Positions 1 to 8,635 of a stretch of DNA of 47,185 bases are shown here, one piece after another. Origin of the DNA: Minisyncoccota bacterium (lineage in GTDB: Bacteria; Patescibacteriota; Minisyncoccia; Phycocordibacterales; SW-6-46-9). The stretch spans positions 1 through 47,185 of the forward strand of contig JBBDUG010000008.1 in assembly GCA_040904025.1 (NCBI GenBank). Direction: 5' to 3'. Position 1 is the stretch's first letter. Every line of letters begins with the position of its first letter. Made by a program: the position numbers and the translations under genes. The notes beneath the pieces were generated by a model. The model was given only the letters and a program-made list of their open reading frames with translations, ran no database searches and had not been told where the DNA came from.

Positions 1-2
1 AT

Positions 3-1760
3 ATGAAAGATGATAAAGACTCGCTACATAATCTACGACACACACTTGCCCACCTTTTAGCCCGGGCAGTAGAAGAACACTACCCAGAAGCACAACCGAC
101 CATCGGCCCCCCAACCGATGACGGCTTTTACTATGACTTTGATTTCGGAGAGACGGATTTCGGAGAAGATGATCTGAAAAAGATCGAGAAAACAATGAAA
201 AAACTTTTGCCTTCATGGACAGCCTTTGAAGCAAAGGAAGTTACCCCGGATGAAGCACGAGAGGCATTTGAAGGAAATGAATATAAAAAGGAGCTCATTG
301 ATGAGCTTGAAGATGAGGGTGCAACAATCACTTTCTATACCGCAGGTGACTTTACCGACCTCTGCCGCGGTGGACATCTTAAGAACCCAGCTGAAGAGAT
401 TAACCCTAATGCATTCAAATTAGATCGCATAGCTGGTGCATATTGGAGAGGAGATGAGAACAATACAATGCTCACCCGTATATATGGTCTTGCCTTCGAG
501 ACTCCGGAGGAGCTAAAGGAGTACAAAGGAAAACGAGAAGAAGCAAAGAAGCGAGATCATAGAAAACTTGGTAAAGAACTAGATCTCTTCACCTTCTCTG
601 ACCTCATCGGCCCCGGACTCCCCCTCTTCACACCAAAGGGCACACTCTTGCGTGACCTAATTGTTGAGAAGATCCATGATATCCAAGAAGACTTTGGATA
701 TGATCGTGTCACTATCCCCCATATCTCAAAGAAGGACCTCTTTGAGACAAGCGGACACTGGGAGAAATTTGGAGATGAGCTTTTCAGAGTCAAAGGTAAA
801 GGTGATTCAGACTTTGACTTTGTCATGAAGCCCATGAACTGTCCGCTACATACACAGATATATGCATCCCGGCAACGCAGCTATCGAGATCTCCCAATAC
901 GCTACACCGAAGCAACAATGGTATATCGAGATGAACAAGCAGGAGAACTCCTTGGCCTCTCTCGCGTTCGCGCCATCACACAAGATGACGGACACGTCTT
1001 CTGTACAGAAGAACAGGCAGAGGAAGAGATTCTCAATATCGTGAAGGTTATAGAGCAATTCTATACCTCCCTCGGTATGTGGAATGACGATACCTTTTGG
1101 GTATCACTCTCTGTTCGAGATCCTGAAAAACCTGAGGAGTATCTCGGAGAAGATACTCGCTGGGAGAGAGCGGAAGAAACACTCAAGAATGTTGCAGAGA
1201 AAGCCGAGCTCCCCTTCAAGCGTATCGAGGGAGAAGCAGCCTTCTATGGACCAAAGCTCGACTTCATGTTCAAAGATGCCCTGGGGCGTGAATGGCAGCT
1301 TGGTACCGCACAGTATGATCTGAACATGCCGGGACGATTCGGACTCGTCTACACCGATGCTAATGGAGAAGAAAAAACCCCCGTCATGATCCATCGTGCT
1401 ATTGCCGGATCATTAGAGAGATTCCTCTCTGTTATCATCGAGCATTTCGCGGGTAAATTCCCCCTCTGGCTTTCACCTGTTCAGGTGAAAGTACTCCCAA
1501 TTGGTGAAGACCACAGAGAGTATGCCGAGAGTGTGGCAAAAGAGCTCGGTGATGCGGGTATACGTGTAGAGGTGGATACATCTGACAATACACTCGGAAA
1601 GAAGATACGAGTGGTAAAAATGGAAAAAGTCCCCTATTTCCTCGTTATCGGAGATAATGAGGTTGAGGGTGGAAATGTAACAGTGGAGAGTCGAGATGAA
1701 GGAAAAGTAGGTGTAATGAAGGTTGAAGAACTGATAGATAAATTGGAGAGTGAGGTGTAA
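3..1760 (+). CDS. thrS: Threonine--tRNA ligase
   Basis: 585 aa ORF with HTLAHLLA and DLCRGGH editing-domain motifs, KPMNCP, YRDE, GEAAFYGPKLD, HRAIAGSLERF and a C-terminal anticodon-binding domain. Confidence 0.97.
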   Translation: MKDDKDSLHNLRHTLAHLLARAVEEHYPEAQPTIGPPTDDGFYYDFDFGETDFGEDDLKKIEKTMKKLLPSWTAFEAKEVTPDEAREAFEGNEYKKELIDELEDEGATITFYTAGDFTDLCRGGHLKNPAEEINPNAFKLDRIAGAYWRGDENNTMLTRIYGLAFETPEELKEYKGKREEAKKRDHRKLGKELDLFTFSDLIGPGLPLFTPKGTLLRDLIVEKIHDIQEDFGYDRVTIPHISKKDLFETSGHWEKFGDELFRVKGKGDSDFDFVMKPMNCPLHTQIYASRQRSYRDLPIRYTEATMVYRDEQAGELLGLSRVRAITQDDGHVFCTEEQAEEEILNIVKVIEQFYTSLGMWNDDTFWVSLSVRDPEKPEEYLGEDTRWERAEETLKNVAEKAELPFKRIEGEAAFYGPKLDFMFKDALGREWQLGTAQYDLNMPGRFGLVYTDANGEEKTPVMIHRAIAGSLERFLSVIIEHFAGKFPLWLSPVQVKVLPIGEDHREYAESVAKELGDAGIRVEVDTSDNTLGKKIRVVKMEKVPYFLVIGDNEVEGGNVTVESRDEGKVGVMKVEELIDKLESEV

Positions 1761-1766
1761 TTAAAA

Positions 1767-1790
1767 AGACTCAGGATTTCTCCTGAGTCT
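1767..1790. terminator. Intrinsic terminator hairpin between convergent genes
   Basis: AGACTCAGGA-tttc-TCCTGAGTCT perfect 10 bp stem; the A-run at 1763-1767 gives a U-tail on the minus strand. Confidence 0.7.
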
Positions 1791-1877
1791 GTGAGACGAG
1801 GTTTTTCTCTTCACGGGCAATTTATATAAAAAGAGTCTAACCGCAGATGCAGTTAGACTCCTGGCCATACAATCAAG

Positions 1878-3464
1878 CTAGAGCTCGAGAACATCACGGA
1901 GCGTTTCTTGTAGCTCGTAGAACTTATCAAGCTCTTCATCGATTTCTCCCAACTCGTCTTCGAGCTCCCTTTTTCGCCCCTTTAACTCGGCGATCCGACC
2001 AGGCAGACGACGGAGTGCCTGGATTACCTTTTCGTCGATCTCAGGTAGGGAGAGAGACTCTTTGAATTCGAAGTTATCATCTTCAGGTTCCTCGAGAGGT
2101 TCTTCACTCCATTCAGCCTCTACTTCTGGTTCAGTAGTGTTCTCTTCTTGGGATGAAGACACTTGTACCTCCTCGTCCTTAGACCCTGAAACTTCCTGAG
2201 ATTTATCCTCGGACACTACCTCAGAGTCTTCAGGTTCGGCCTCGTGGCTCTTCACCAGTTCTGGCCTACCCTTCTCAGCCAAACGTTTGGCAAGAGCGTA
2301 GCGATTGATACCGATTTCGCGGAACTTTTGAAGAGGCATTTCCATCCACAGATGTGGATCTTCATGTGAACGTGAGTCATCAAAACCCATCTCTGGGATA
2401 CCACGCCTTGCTGAGGCAAAAGTAACTTGTTTAAATCCTGTGCGTCCGCAAAGCTCATCGTCAAGCCACGAACGCGGAAAACTTATCTTAACCTTTTCCT
2501 CCCCCGTTACCGATACAATTGCACGATCACTTTCTTCGTTGAAGATATCGGCAAATGCAGCGATGAGTTTTTCTTTCTGTGTCATTCCGTCACTTGTTTC
2601 CATCTCATTATCCGATCTGTCTGAATTTTCGGCGGTAATTAGCGGTGGGTCGTTGAGTGTGGTCTGATGTTCCGGAGTCTTTAATCTAGAAAGCCACTTG
2701 AATAGCCGGGTTTTCTTAAAAAGCACCATATCTCCATAGATATGAACAAGCCCCTCCTTTTTAAGCGAAAAGAGGGTTTGATCAAGAAGACGAGAAAAGT
2801 CCTCTGGATCTCTCCCCGTCTTCTTTATCTCCGAAGAGATAAGTTTCTGGAGATCGCTTTTCGGAACGGCGAGGGATACTTCACCAGATCCCTGAAGGCG
2901 GTCATAGATCAAAGAAAGGAGCAGCTTTGCTGCTGACTTTACCCGTTCTGAGCCTGATTCATTCATGACGAGGAGAAAAGAAAGTTTGGAATGCACATTG
3001 ATCTTAGGAAATTTTTCATTTCCAAAATGCTCAACATCCGAGACAAACACTTCATGGGATTTATCACCCATCAAGCCCCGGAATGCTCTGCGCATCACAA
3101 GATCCTCCTTTTCCCCTCGAGGGAAGGCTGAAAGTTGCTTAAGCATCTCTCGAGCTACACGATATACATGTACCCGAGATACCGCCTCACCTACGAAAGC
3201 GGGTGAGCGATAGTACGACAGCTTCTTAAATTTAAGGAATAACTGCACTATAGGGAAAAAATCAATACCCTCCGGTGCACAATCCAGAAATCTGAAGCTG
3301 TAGCGGTATGATGCGTTAAGTCTCTCTATCCCCAGCGTAGGAGCGATAAAACGGAAGAAATCTCCGTTATCTGCTCCTGGAAACTGACTAAGGAAATGCC
3401 TAACGGTTCTCTGATGATCATCATCACCACACTCATACTTCCCCTGAGAAGTATGCGTGTTCAT
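1878..3464 (-). CDS. Hypothetical protein with acidic low-complexity region and C-terminal coiled coil
   Basis: 528 aa ORF; no family recognised. Confidence 0.65.
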   Translation of the reverse strand: MNTHTSQGKYECGDDDHQRTVRHFLSQFPGADNGDFFRFIAPTLGIERLNASYRYSFRFLDCAPEGIDFFPIVQLFLKFKKLSYYRSPAFVGEAVSRVHVYRVAREMLKQLSAFPRGEKEDLVMRRAFRGLMGDKSHEVFVSDVEHFGNEKFPKINVHSKLSFLLVMNESGSERVKSAAKLLLSLIYDRLQGSGEVSLAVPKSDLQKLISSEIKKTGRDPEDFSRLLDQTLFSLKKEGLVHIYGDMVLFKKTRLFKWLSRLKTPEHQTTLNDPPLITAENSDRSDNEMETSDGMTQKEKLIAAFADIFNEESDRAIVSVTGEEKVKISFPRSWLDDELCGRTGFKQVTFASARRGIPEMGFDDSRSHEDPHLWMEMPLQKFREIGINRYALAKRLAEKGRPELVKSHEAEPEDSEVVSEDKSQEVSGSKDEEVQVSSSQEENTTEPEVEAEWSEEPLEEPEDDNFEFKESLSLPEIDEKVIQALRRLPGRIAELKGRKRELEDELGEIDEELDKFYELQETLRDVLEL

Positions 3465-3693
3465 GTGATTGTATGTATTTAGGAATGGTGCAGTGAGTTC
3501 TACACTTGAAACTACACTATTCTATTGACAGGTGCAAATAATCTTGATTTATCAACATATCTCGCTTTACTTCACTAAATCTCTATACTAGTCTGAGTGG
3601 TGTAGGGCAATGCGAGGCTTTATCAAGCCCCGAACTGTATACAGTTCATTGAACTACATATTATTTAGTAGCTACTAATTGAATTTTAATCCT

Positions 3694-3966
3694 ATGGAAA
3701 AGAAAGGAAATGCTCTAGCATGGCTCGCACTGATCGTGGGTATTCTTGCTCTCATTCTTGCATGGAGTGCATACAACCGCGCAGGTGCTGATCTTGAAAC
3801 TCAAGTTGACGAACAAATTGAAGAAACTGTAGACGAGACAGACAACAGCGCAGCAGCAGCAAATGCTGATGTTGAAGCTGATACTGACACTACAGATGAA
3901 GAAACAACAGATGATACAGAAAATGATGCTTCAGCTGAAGTTGAAACTGGTGCAGTTGTAGAGTAG
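3694..3966 (+). CDS. Small membrane-anchored acidic protein
   Basis: N-terminal hydrophobic helix (ALAWLALIVGILALILAW) followed by a D/E/T-rich tail; ATG at 3694 preferred over the TTG at 3679. Confidence 0.75.
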   Translation: MEKKGNALAWLALIVGILALILAWSAYNRAGADLETQVDEQIEETVDETDNSAAAANADVEADTDTTDEETTDDTENDASAEVETGAVVE

Positions 3967-3989
3967 TCACTCTATTCTATACTTTTGCG

Positions 3990-4017
3990 GAAAAGCTCGC
4001 GGTTAGCGGGTTTTTTC
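3990..4017 (+). terminator. Intrinsic terminator
   Basis: GAAAAGCTCGC-ggtta-GCGGGTTTTTTC stem with U-tract just after the 3966 stop. Confidence 0.6.
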
Positions 4018-4041
4018 ATTTGAATTTAAGGTATAAATGCG

Positions 4042-5655
4042 CTATTCTTTGGCAGTTGAAGAGGCCCCATCGTCTAGCGGTCTAGGACATCGCCCTCTCA
4101 CGGCGGAAACACGGGTTCGATTCCCGTTGGGGTCACAATATAGAACTTCTTGTTTTGAAAGATTTTCAGAACTCTGCGCCACAGGCGCACCAGAAAGGAG
4201 ATCAGCGCGTCGCTTCGCGACGAATTGATAGGGAGAGGGAAAGCTAAATGTTACGGATTTGTCATAAATCGTAGGGTTCGTTCCAATCTTTTGTACAAAG
4301 GAACTGATTTGCTCCAAATCACGAGAGTCCTTCAAAATATTGGCTTGTTTTGTATCTAATATAAGATTTCTCACGGGTTCGACCCATTCTTTCTTTCCTT
4401 CTTTACACTCTTTCTTCTTTTCAGAGAGAGAGGATATGGAGCGCATGAGTGTATCTTTCTTTTTGAGATAGATCTGTTTTGGAATATCACCTTCCAGATG
4501 CATGTCGACGAGTTTTTCCATGCGCTCCTCACTCTCCTTAATTTTCGAAGAAAGAGCGTGAAGAGCACTGCGCGACTCTTTACCTTCTTCTTTCTCCCAT
4601 ACATCCACTTTTTTCATCATCCAGTCAGTATATTGATCGTGCAGTGCGATTGTTTGAAGCTTTTCTTGTACTTGTGATACAAGCACACCTTCTCTGAGGT
4701 ATGACTGAGAACAGTCTCCACGCTTTTTAGTACAACGATAGTATCGATACCGGTGTCCCGACTTCCCTGTCGCCCATTGAGCAGTGATCATGCTCTCGCA
4801 TTCTCCGCATCTGAATATGCCGGTGAAGTGGAAGGTGTGTTTGTTTCGCTTTGTTCCCTGAGGACGTGACCTGTCTTCAAGTACATCCTGTACTGCTTCA
4901 AACAATTTGGAAGGAAGAATTGGTTCAAAGCTTCCTTCATACCACTCGTCTTTGTATTTCACAAAGCCGAGGTATGCACGATTTGTGAGCATACGTCTGA
5001 TAGAAGCTTTGCCAAGTGGCGTTCCACCTCTTGTGGTCAAGTTATGTTGCGCCAAAAACTCTGCGAGGGACTCGTATGTATGCGTACCTTTTATATATTC
5101 ACGAAAAGCTTTCACAATAACTTTTGAATACACTGGATGTGGTTCAATATTTCGAGTCTTTTGATTATTCACGTATCCAAGAGGAGCTCTTGTGAGCCAC
5201 TCGCCACGGCGGAGTTTTTGGCGCATGCCGCGCTTTGTATTTTGCGAGAGATTGTCTGAGTAGTATTTCGATTGTCCAAACGCCACTTGGAGCATGAAGA
5301 GCCCCTGTGGAGTTGGTTCAAACCAAAAGGTCGGGAAGCGCAAAGAAGAAATGGTTTCTTGATCTATGAGGTATATAATCTTGCCTCCGTCCACAGAGTT
5401 TCGGGCAAGACGATCGGGATGCCAAGCTAATATACCAATACTCTTCTCCTCCTCGATCTCTTCCATCATCTTTTTGAATACCGGTCTTCCCGGAGTCTTT
5501 GCGCTTTTCGACTCTTGAAATTCTCTTACAATTTCAAGATTTTCTCTCCTCGCAAATTCCCTCAATTCCACAAGCTGAGCTTCTATGCTCATGACCTGCT
5601 TGTTATCATCTTCTGTGGATTTGCGTGCGTAGAGAAAATATTTTGGTTTGGACAT
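4042..5655 (-). CDS. Large serine recombinase/integrase (resolvase + recombinase + Zn-ribbon + coiled coil)
   Basis: YARKS catalytic motif, DRLARN, APLGY, CGEC...YYRC Zn ribbon; likely start MSKPKY at 5655; the C-terminus reads antisense through the tRNA. Confidence 0.93.
   Translation of the reverse strand: MSKPKYFLYARKSTEDDNKQVMSIEAQLVELREFARRENLEIVREFQESKSAKTPGRPVFKKMMEEIEEEKSIGILAWHPDRLARNSVDGGKIIYLIDQETISSLRFPTFWFEPTPQGLFMLQVAFGQSKYYSDNLSQNTKRGMRQKLRRGEWLTRAPLGYVNNQKTRNIEPHPVYSKVIVKAFREYIKGTHTYESLAEFLAQHNLTTRGGTPLGKASIRRMLTNRAYLGFVKYKDEWYEGSFEPILPSKLFEAVQDVLEDRSRPQGTKRNKHTFHFTGIFRCGECESMITAQWATGKSGHRYRYYRCTKKRGDCSQSYLREGVLVSQVQEKLQTIALHDQYTDWMMKKVDVWEKEEGKESRSALHALSSKIKESEERMEKLVDMHLEGDIPKQIYLKKKDTLMRSISSLSEKKKECKEGKKEWVEPVRNLILDTKQANILKDSRDLEQISSFVQKIGTNPTIYDKSVTFSFPSPYQFVAKRRADLLSGAPVAQSSENLSKQEVLYCDPNGNRTRVSAVRGRCPRPLDDGASSTAKE
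4063..4135 (+). tRNA. tRNA-Glu (anticodon CTC); island integration site; CCA not encoded in the current state
   Basis: Acceptor GGCCCCA/TGGGGTC, anticodon arm TCGCC-CTCTCAC-GGCGG, T-arm ACGGG-TTCGATT-CCCGT. Confidence 0.96.
4133..4262. repeat. Inverted repeat IR1-left (attL element arm; 3' part of the recombinase gene)
   Basis: 130 bp reverse complement of 5686-5815 with 1 mismatch. Confidence 0.95.
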
Positions 5656-5685
5656 ATGTATATGTGGGTTAGGTATAAAACAAGA

Positions 5686-5985
5686 ACAAATCCGTAACAT
5701 TTAACTTTCCCTCTCCCTATCAATTCGTCGCGAAGCGACGCGCTGATCTCCTTTCTGGTGCGCCTGTGGCGCAGAGTTCTGAAAATCTTTCAAAACAAGA
5801 AGTTCTATATTGTGAAGAAATTATACACGCTACGCGAACCTTTTTCGAATTTAAGCTTAAAGACTAGTCGCGCGCTGCGCGCCTTCGCGCTCGGCTTATG
5901 CCTCGCCAAAGCACCCCTGAACACTACGCTTCCGCTTTAAGGAAAAGGGCCGACACAAAGAAAAAAAGAGGTGTAGTGTTCGGGG
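5686..5985. repeat. Internal inverted copy of attP (IR1-right 5686-5815 + IR2-left 5812-5985, overlapping at GTGA)
   Basis: Left half matches the reverse complement of 4133-4262, right half matches the reverse complement of 15079-15252; the two halves share only the 4 bp core. Confidence 0.92.
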
Positions 5986-5990
5986 TGCGA

Positions 5991-6995
5991 TTATGATCCC
6001 AACAAAGAAAGAGCGTGCTTAATTTCCTCTTGCAGATCATACGCGTTTCCGTGAGAAAGTAACCCGTGATACGACTGTAGGGTATCTGGGTTTGAATTAT
6101 TCTCAAGAGCTCTAAGTACTCTGCGTTTGGTTGTTGTTCTCAGCACTCTGTGGTCGGGAAAGTGAACCCACCCGAGGAAATCAACTCCTGATGCAAGAGT
6201 CTCTATTGAAACTTTTCGTGGGTGGAGTTTGAGACTGAGCTCGGTTTCAAGAAAGGAAGAGATTTGTGGAATGAGAGATTCGAGCCACCCTCTATCCTCA
6301 GAGAGGAAAACAAAATCGTCTGCATATCTAATGTAGTACTTTGTTTTTAGTTTGTGCTTCACATACTGATCAAAAACATTCATGTATACGTTCACAAGGA
6401 GCTGTGAGGTGAGATTTCCAAGCGGAAGCCCTGTCCCTAGTCTATGTACATGAAAGCTTGAGATTACCTGCCTCAGAAGCCACGTAATATCTTCATCAGG
6501 AATATATTCTTCAAGAATCGATATTAATATCACATGATCAATGGAGGCAAAGAATTTTCTGATATCACATTTGAGTACATGTGCCGTGCGAGTGTGATTC
6601 TTTGATACCTTGTATGAAAACACCTTGAACCTATCCATCGCTCTGTGTGTCCCCTTTCCGATTCTGCATGAATATGAGTCTGCGATGAATGTACGGTCGA
6701 AGAAAGGATAGAGCTTTTGGTGAAGTGCGTGATGCAGGAGTCTGTCTCGCACTTTCGCCTTGTGGATATTGCGCGGCTTTGGATCTGATATATTAAATGC
6801 CTCATATGGAGAGTGAGAATATTCTTTGTCTGAGAGATCAGAATGAAGTTCGAGAATGTTTTCCATGAGGTTGAGTTCAAACTCCTGTACATCACGCCTT
6901 CCCCTCTTTCCTCTCACAAATTCCTCCCATGCAGAGAGAAGATTTTCGAGAGATATGATATCCTCATATGTATGAGTGAAGACAATTTTTCCCAT
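5991..6995 (-). CDS. DGR reverse transcriptase (DGR1)
   Basis: 334 aa; GKGTH, LKCDIRKFF, GLPLGNLTSQ (DGR-type SQ), RYADD, GVDFLG; adjacent Avd and TR/VR pair. Confidence 0.95.
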   Translation of the reverse strand: MGKIVFTHTYEDIISLENLLSAWEEFVRGKRGRRDVQEFELNLMENILELHSDLSDKEYSHSPYEAFNISDPKPRNIHKAKVRDRLLHHALHQKLYPFFDRTFIADSYSCRIGKGTHRAMDRFKVFSYKVSKNHTRTAHVLKCDIRKFFASIDHVILISILEEYIPDEDITWLLRQVISSFHVHRLGTGLPLGNLTSQLLVNVYMNVFDQYVKHKLKTKYYIRYADDFVFLSEDRGWLESLIPQISSFLETELSLKLHPRKVSIETLASGVDFLGWVHFPDHRVLRTTTKRRVLRALENNSNPDTLQSYHGLLSHGNAYDLQEEIKHALSLLGS

Positions 6996-7024
6996 ACATT
7001 AAAGGATACCCCCCCCCACGACTT

Positions 7025-7372
7025 TTGCCAGTCATCCAGAAGACAAAACAGGTATACAAAGTGTGGATACCAATTCATCGAAACATGCCACGGGTTGAAC
7101 GGTTTGGGATCGGTACTAGAATAGATACTAAATTTCTCGATCTCCTAAATCTTTTGCGAAAAGCAGCATATGCAAGAGCAGAGGACAAAGTTGAGCCACT
7201 TAAGAACGCAGTCTCTACGTTAGATTCTCTGAGATTTTTCCTCCAACTCTCATGGGAGGTTTCTTTGATTCCTAATAAGCAATATACACGTCTCGGAAAA
7301 GATGTAGAAGAGATAGGACGTATGGTTGGAGGCTGGAAGAAAGGAATAGAAAAGAAAACTTCCGCCCGTTAG
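7025..7372 (+). CDS. avd: Avd-like four-helix-bundle accessory protein (DGR1), antisense to TR/RT; start uncertain
   Basis: MPRVERFGIG...EEIGRMVGGWKK signature; only a TTG start in frame, and an upstream ATG (6972) is out of frame across a C9 tract. Confidence 0.85.
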   Translation: MPVIQKTKQVYKVWIPIHRNMPRVERFGIGTRIDTKFLDLLNLLRKAAYARAEDKVEPLKNAVSTLDSLRFFLQLSWEVSLIPNKQYTRLGKDVEEIGRMVGGWKKGIEKKTSAR

Positions 7373-7380
7373 AGCGGAAG
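7359..7380. other. Hairpin between avd1 3' end and TR1 3' end
   Basis: CTTCCGC-ccgttaga-GCGGAAG; same position as the 24270-24299 hairpin in DGR3. Confidence 0.6.
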
Positions 7381-7393
7381 AAAGAAGAGAGTT

Positions 7394-7506
7394 GCGAGAA
7401 AAGACCTGGTTGCCATCGTTCCACCTGTTCGGGTTCTCGATCGAGTTAGCCTCGACGTTCCAGCCGCGGTTGTCGGAGTTCCAGTTGGCGTTGACTGCCC
7501 AGAGAA
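7394..7506 (-). repeat. DGR1 template repeat (TR1)
   Basis: 113 bp match to 7840-7952; 16 mismatches, all at TR adenines; 10 AAC codons in the target frame. Confidence 0.97.
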
Positions 7507-7824
7507 ATGTGCACCATCCCATCCGTTCCACCACCCTTTGAATGCTCTCCGGGTTGTATCTAATGTGGGACATCATAAGTCCACCAGCATAGTGCACCGA
7601 TTCAATTCTTTTTTAGGAATATGTACATATACCCTTGTACAAGACGTATCCAGTACAATTCTCACACCATACATATCCGAGGCGTGGTGCAGAAGCCGTA
7701 GCCGCCGCGACAAAACTTCCTCATAGATACTGTATCAAAATTAAAGACCCTCTGCATAATTGCACACGCGTGCAAAGATACAAAGGGTCTAAAGTGAAAA
7801 AGAAAGAGCAGAAGCTCAAGGGGT

Positions 7825-8454
7825 TCAAGCGACAGAATCGCGAGAAAAGACCTGGTAGCCACCGTCCCACCTGCTCGGGTACTCGATCGAGTAAGCCTCG
7901 ACGTACCAGCCGCGGCGGCCGGAGAACCAGAGGGCGCGGACTGCCCAGAGAACTCCCTGGCTGTCGCGAATGTAGAAGATGTTCGCGTAGCCGTTTGTGA
8001 GAAGGTCTCCATCTTCACCCTGTCCTTGCCGCTTCAAGAGCGACCAAAGGTGTGAGAGTGAAGTCTCGACAATTTCCTCACCGCCTAGCTCGTGAATAAT
8101 CGGTATATCGCGCGAGTATTCACGCAAACGGTGGATCTTGAGCTCGGTGTCTTCGACGTTTTCCTCGATCTTGCCGAGGAAGTGTGACTTGAAATTCGAG
8201 CCAAGCCAGATAATTGAGACGCCGTCGGTCTCTTTGCCTTCGCGGAAGTTGTCTTTCGCGATGAATTCCTTGGCGCCGCGAGCCGTAGTCGTTGAGAAGA
8301 ATTCGAGGATACGAGGCTTCTCGGGTTCGACGAGTTGGAACTGGATCTCATCAGAGAGAATGCGACGTGCGTTCTCTTCGCCGATCTTTTTGACGAGCGC
8401 GTTAAGTTGCCCGATCGTCCAGTCCTTCGTGAGCCATGATAATAGCTGTGTCAT
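7825..8454 (-). CDS. DGR1 target protein (209 aa, no signal peptide, C-terminal variable region)
   Basis: C-terminus encoded by VR1. Confidence 0.92.
   Translation of the reverse strand: MTQLLSWLTKDWTIGQLNALVKKIGEENARRILSDEIQFQLVEPEKPRILEFFSTTTARGAKEFIAKDNFREGKETDGVSIIWLGSNFKSHFLGKIEENVEDTELKIHRLREYSRDIPIIHELGGEEIVETSLSHLWSLLKRQGQGEDGDLLTNGYANIFYIRDSQGVLWAVRALWFSGRRGWYVEAYSIEYPSRWDGGYQVFSRDSVA
7840..7952 (-). repeat. DGR1 variable repeat (VR1)
   Basis: At the 3' end of the 7825-8454 gene; all 10 TR AAC codons are changed (R,L,F,R,Y,Y,Y,S,D,Y). Confidence 0.97.
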
Positions 8455-8552
8455 TGTGCTTCCCCCGGGCTTCCTTGCCCGTGTTTGTACTCCTCAAGCG
8501 GAGCGTTCTTGCTAGAGGATCACCCTTTGTGATCATAGCTAATCTATTATTA

Positions 8553-8581
8553 ATTATCTCATACCTTATTACCTCTGTCAA
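8553..8581 (-). promoter_or_regulatory. Sigma70-like promoter for the DGR1 target
   Basis: TTGACA-17 nt-GATAAT with TGn extension on the minus strand, ~100 bp upstream of the ATG. Confidence 0.6.
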
Positions 8582-8635
8582 CTACTAAATCACGGCTAAC
8601 TAAAGCTCTCTTTTAACGCAATGACTTTCTCCCTT

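Noticed and set aside
4037-4228. 63 aa plus-strand ORF
   Set aside because: It is a translation of the tRNA-Glu gene and attL arm.
4133-5815. IS element with terminal inverted repeats
   Set aside because: No DDE transposase and no target-site duplication; the repeats are explained as att arms and include recombinase coding sequence.
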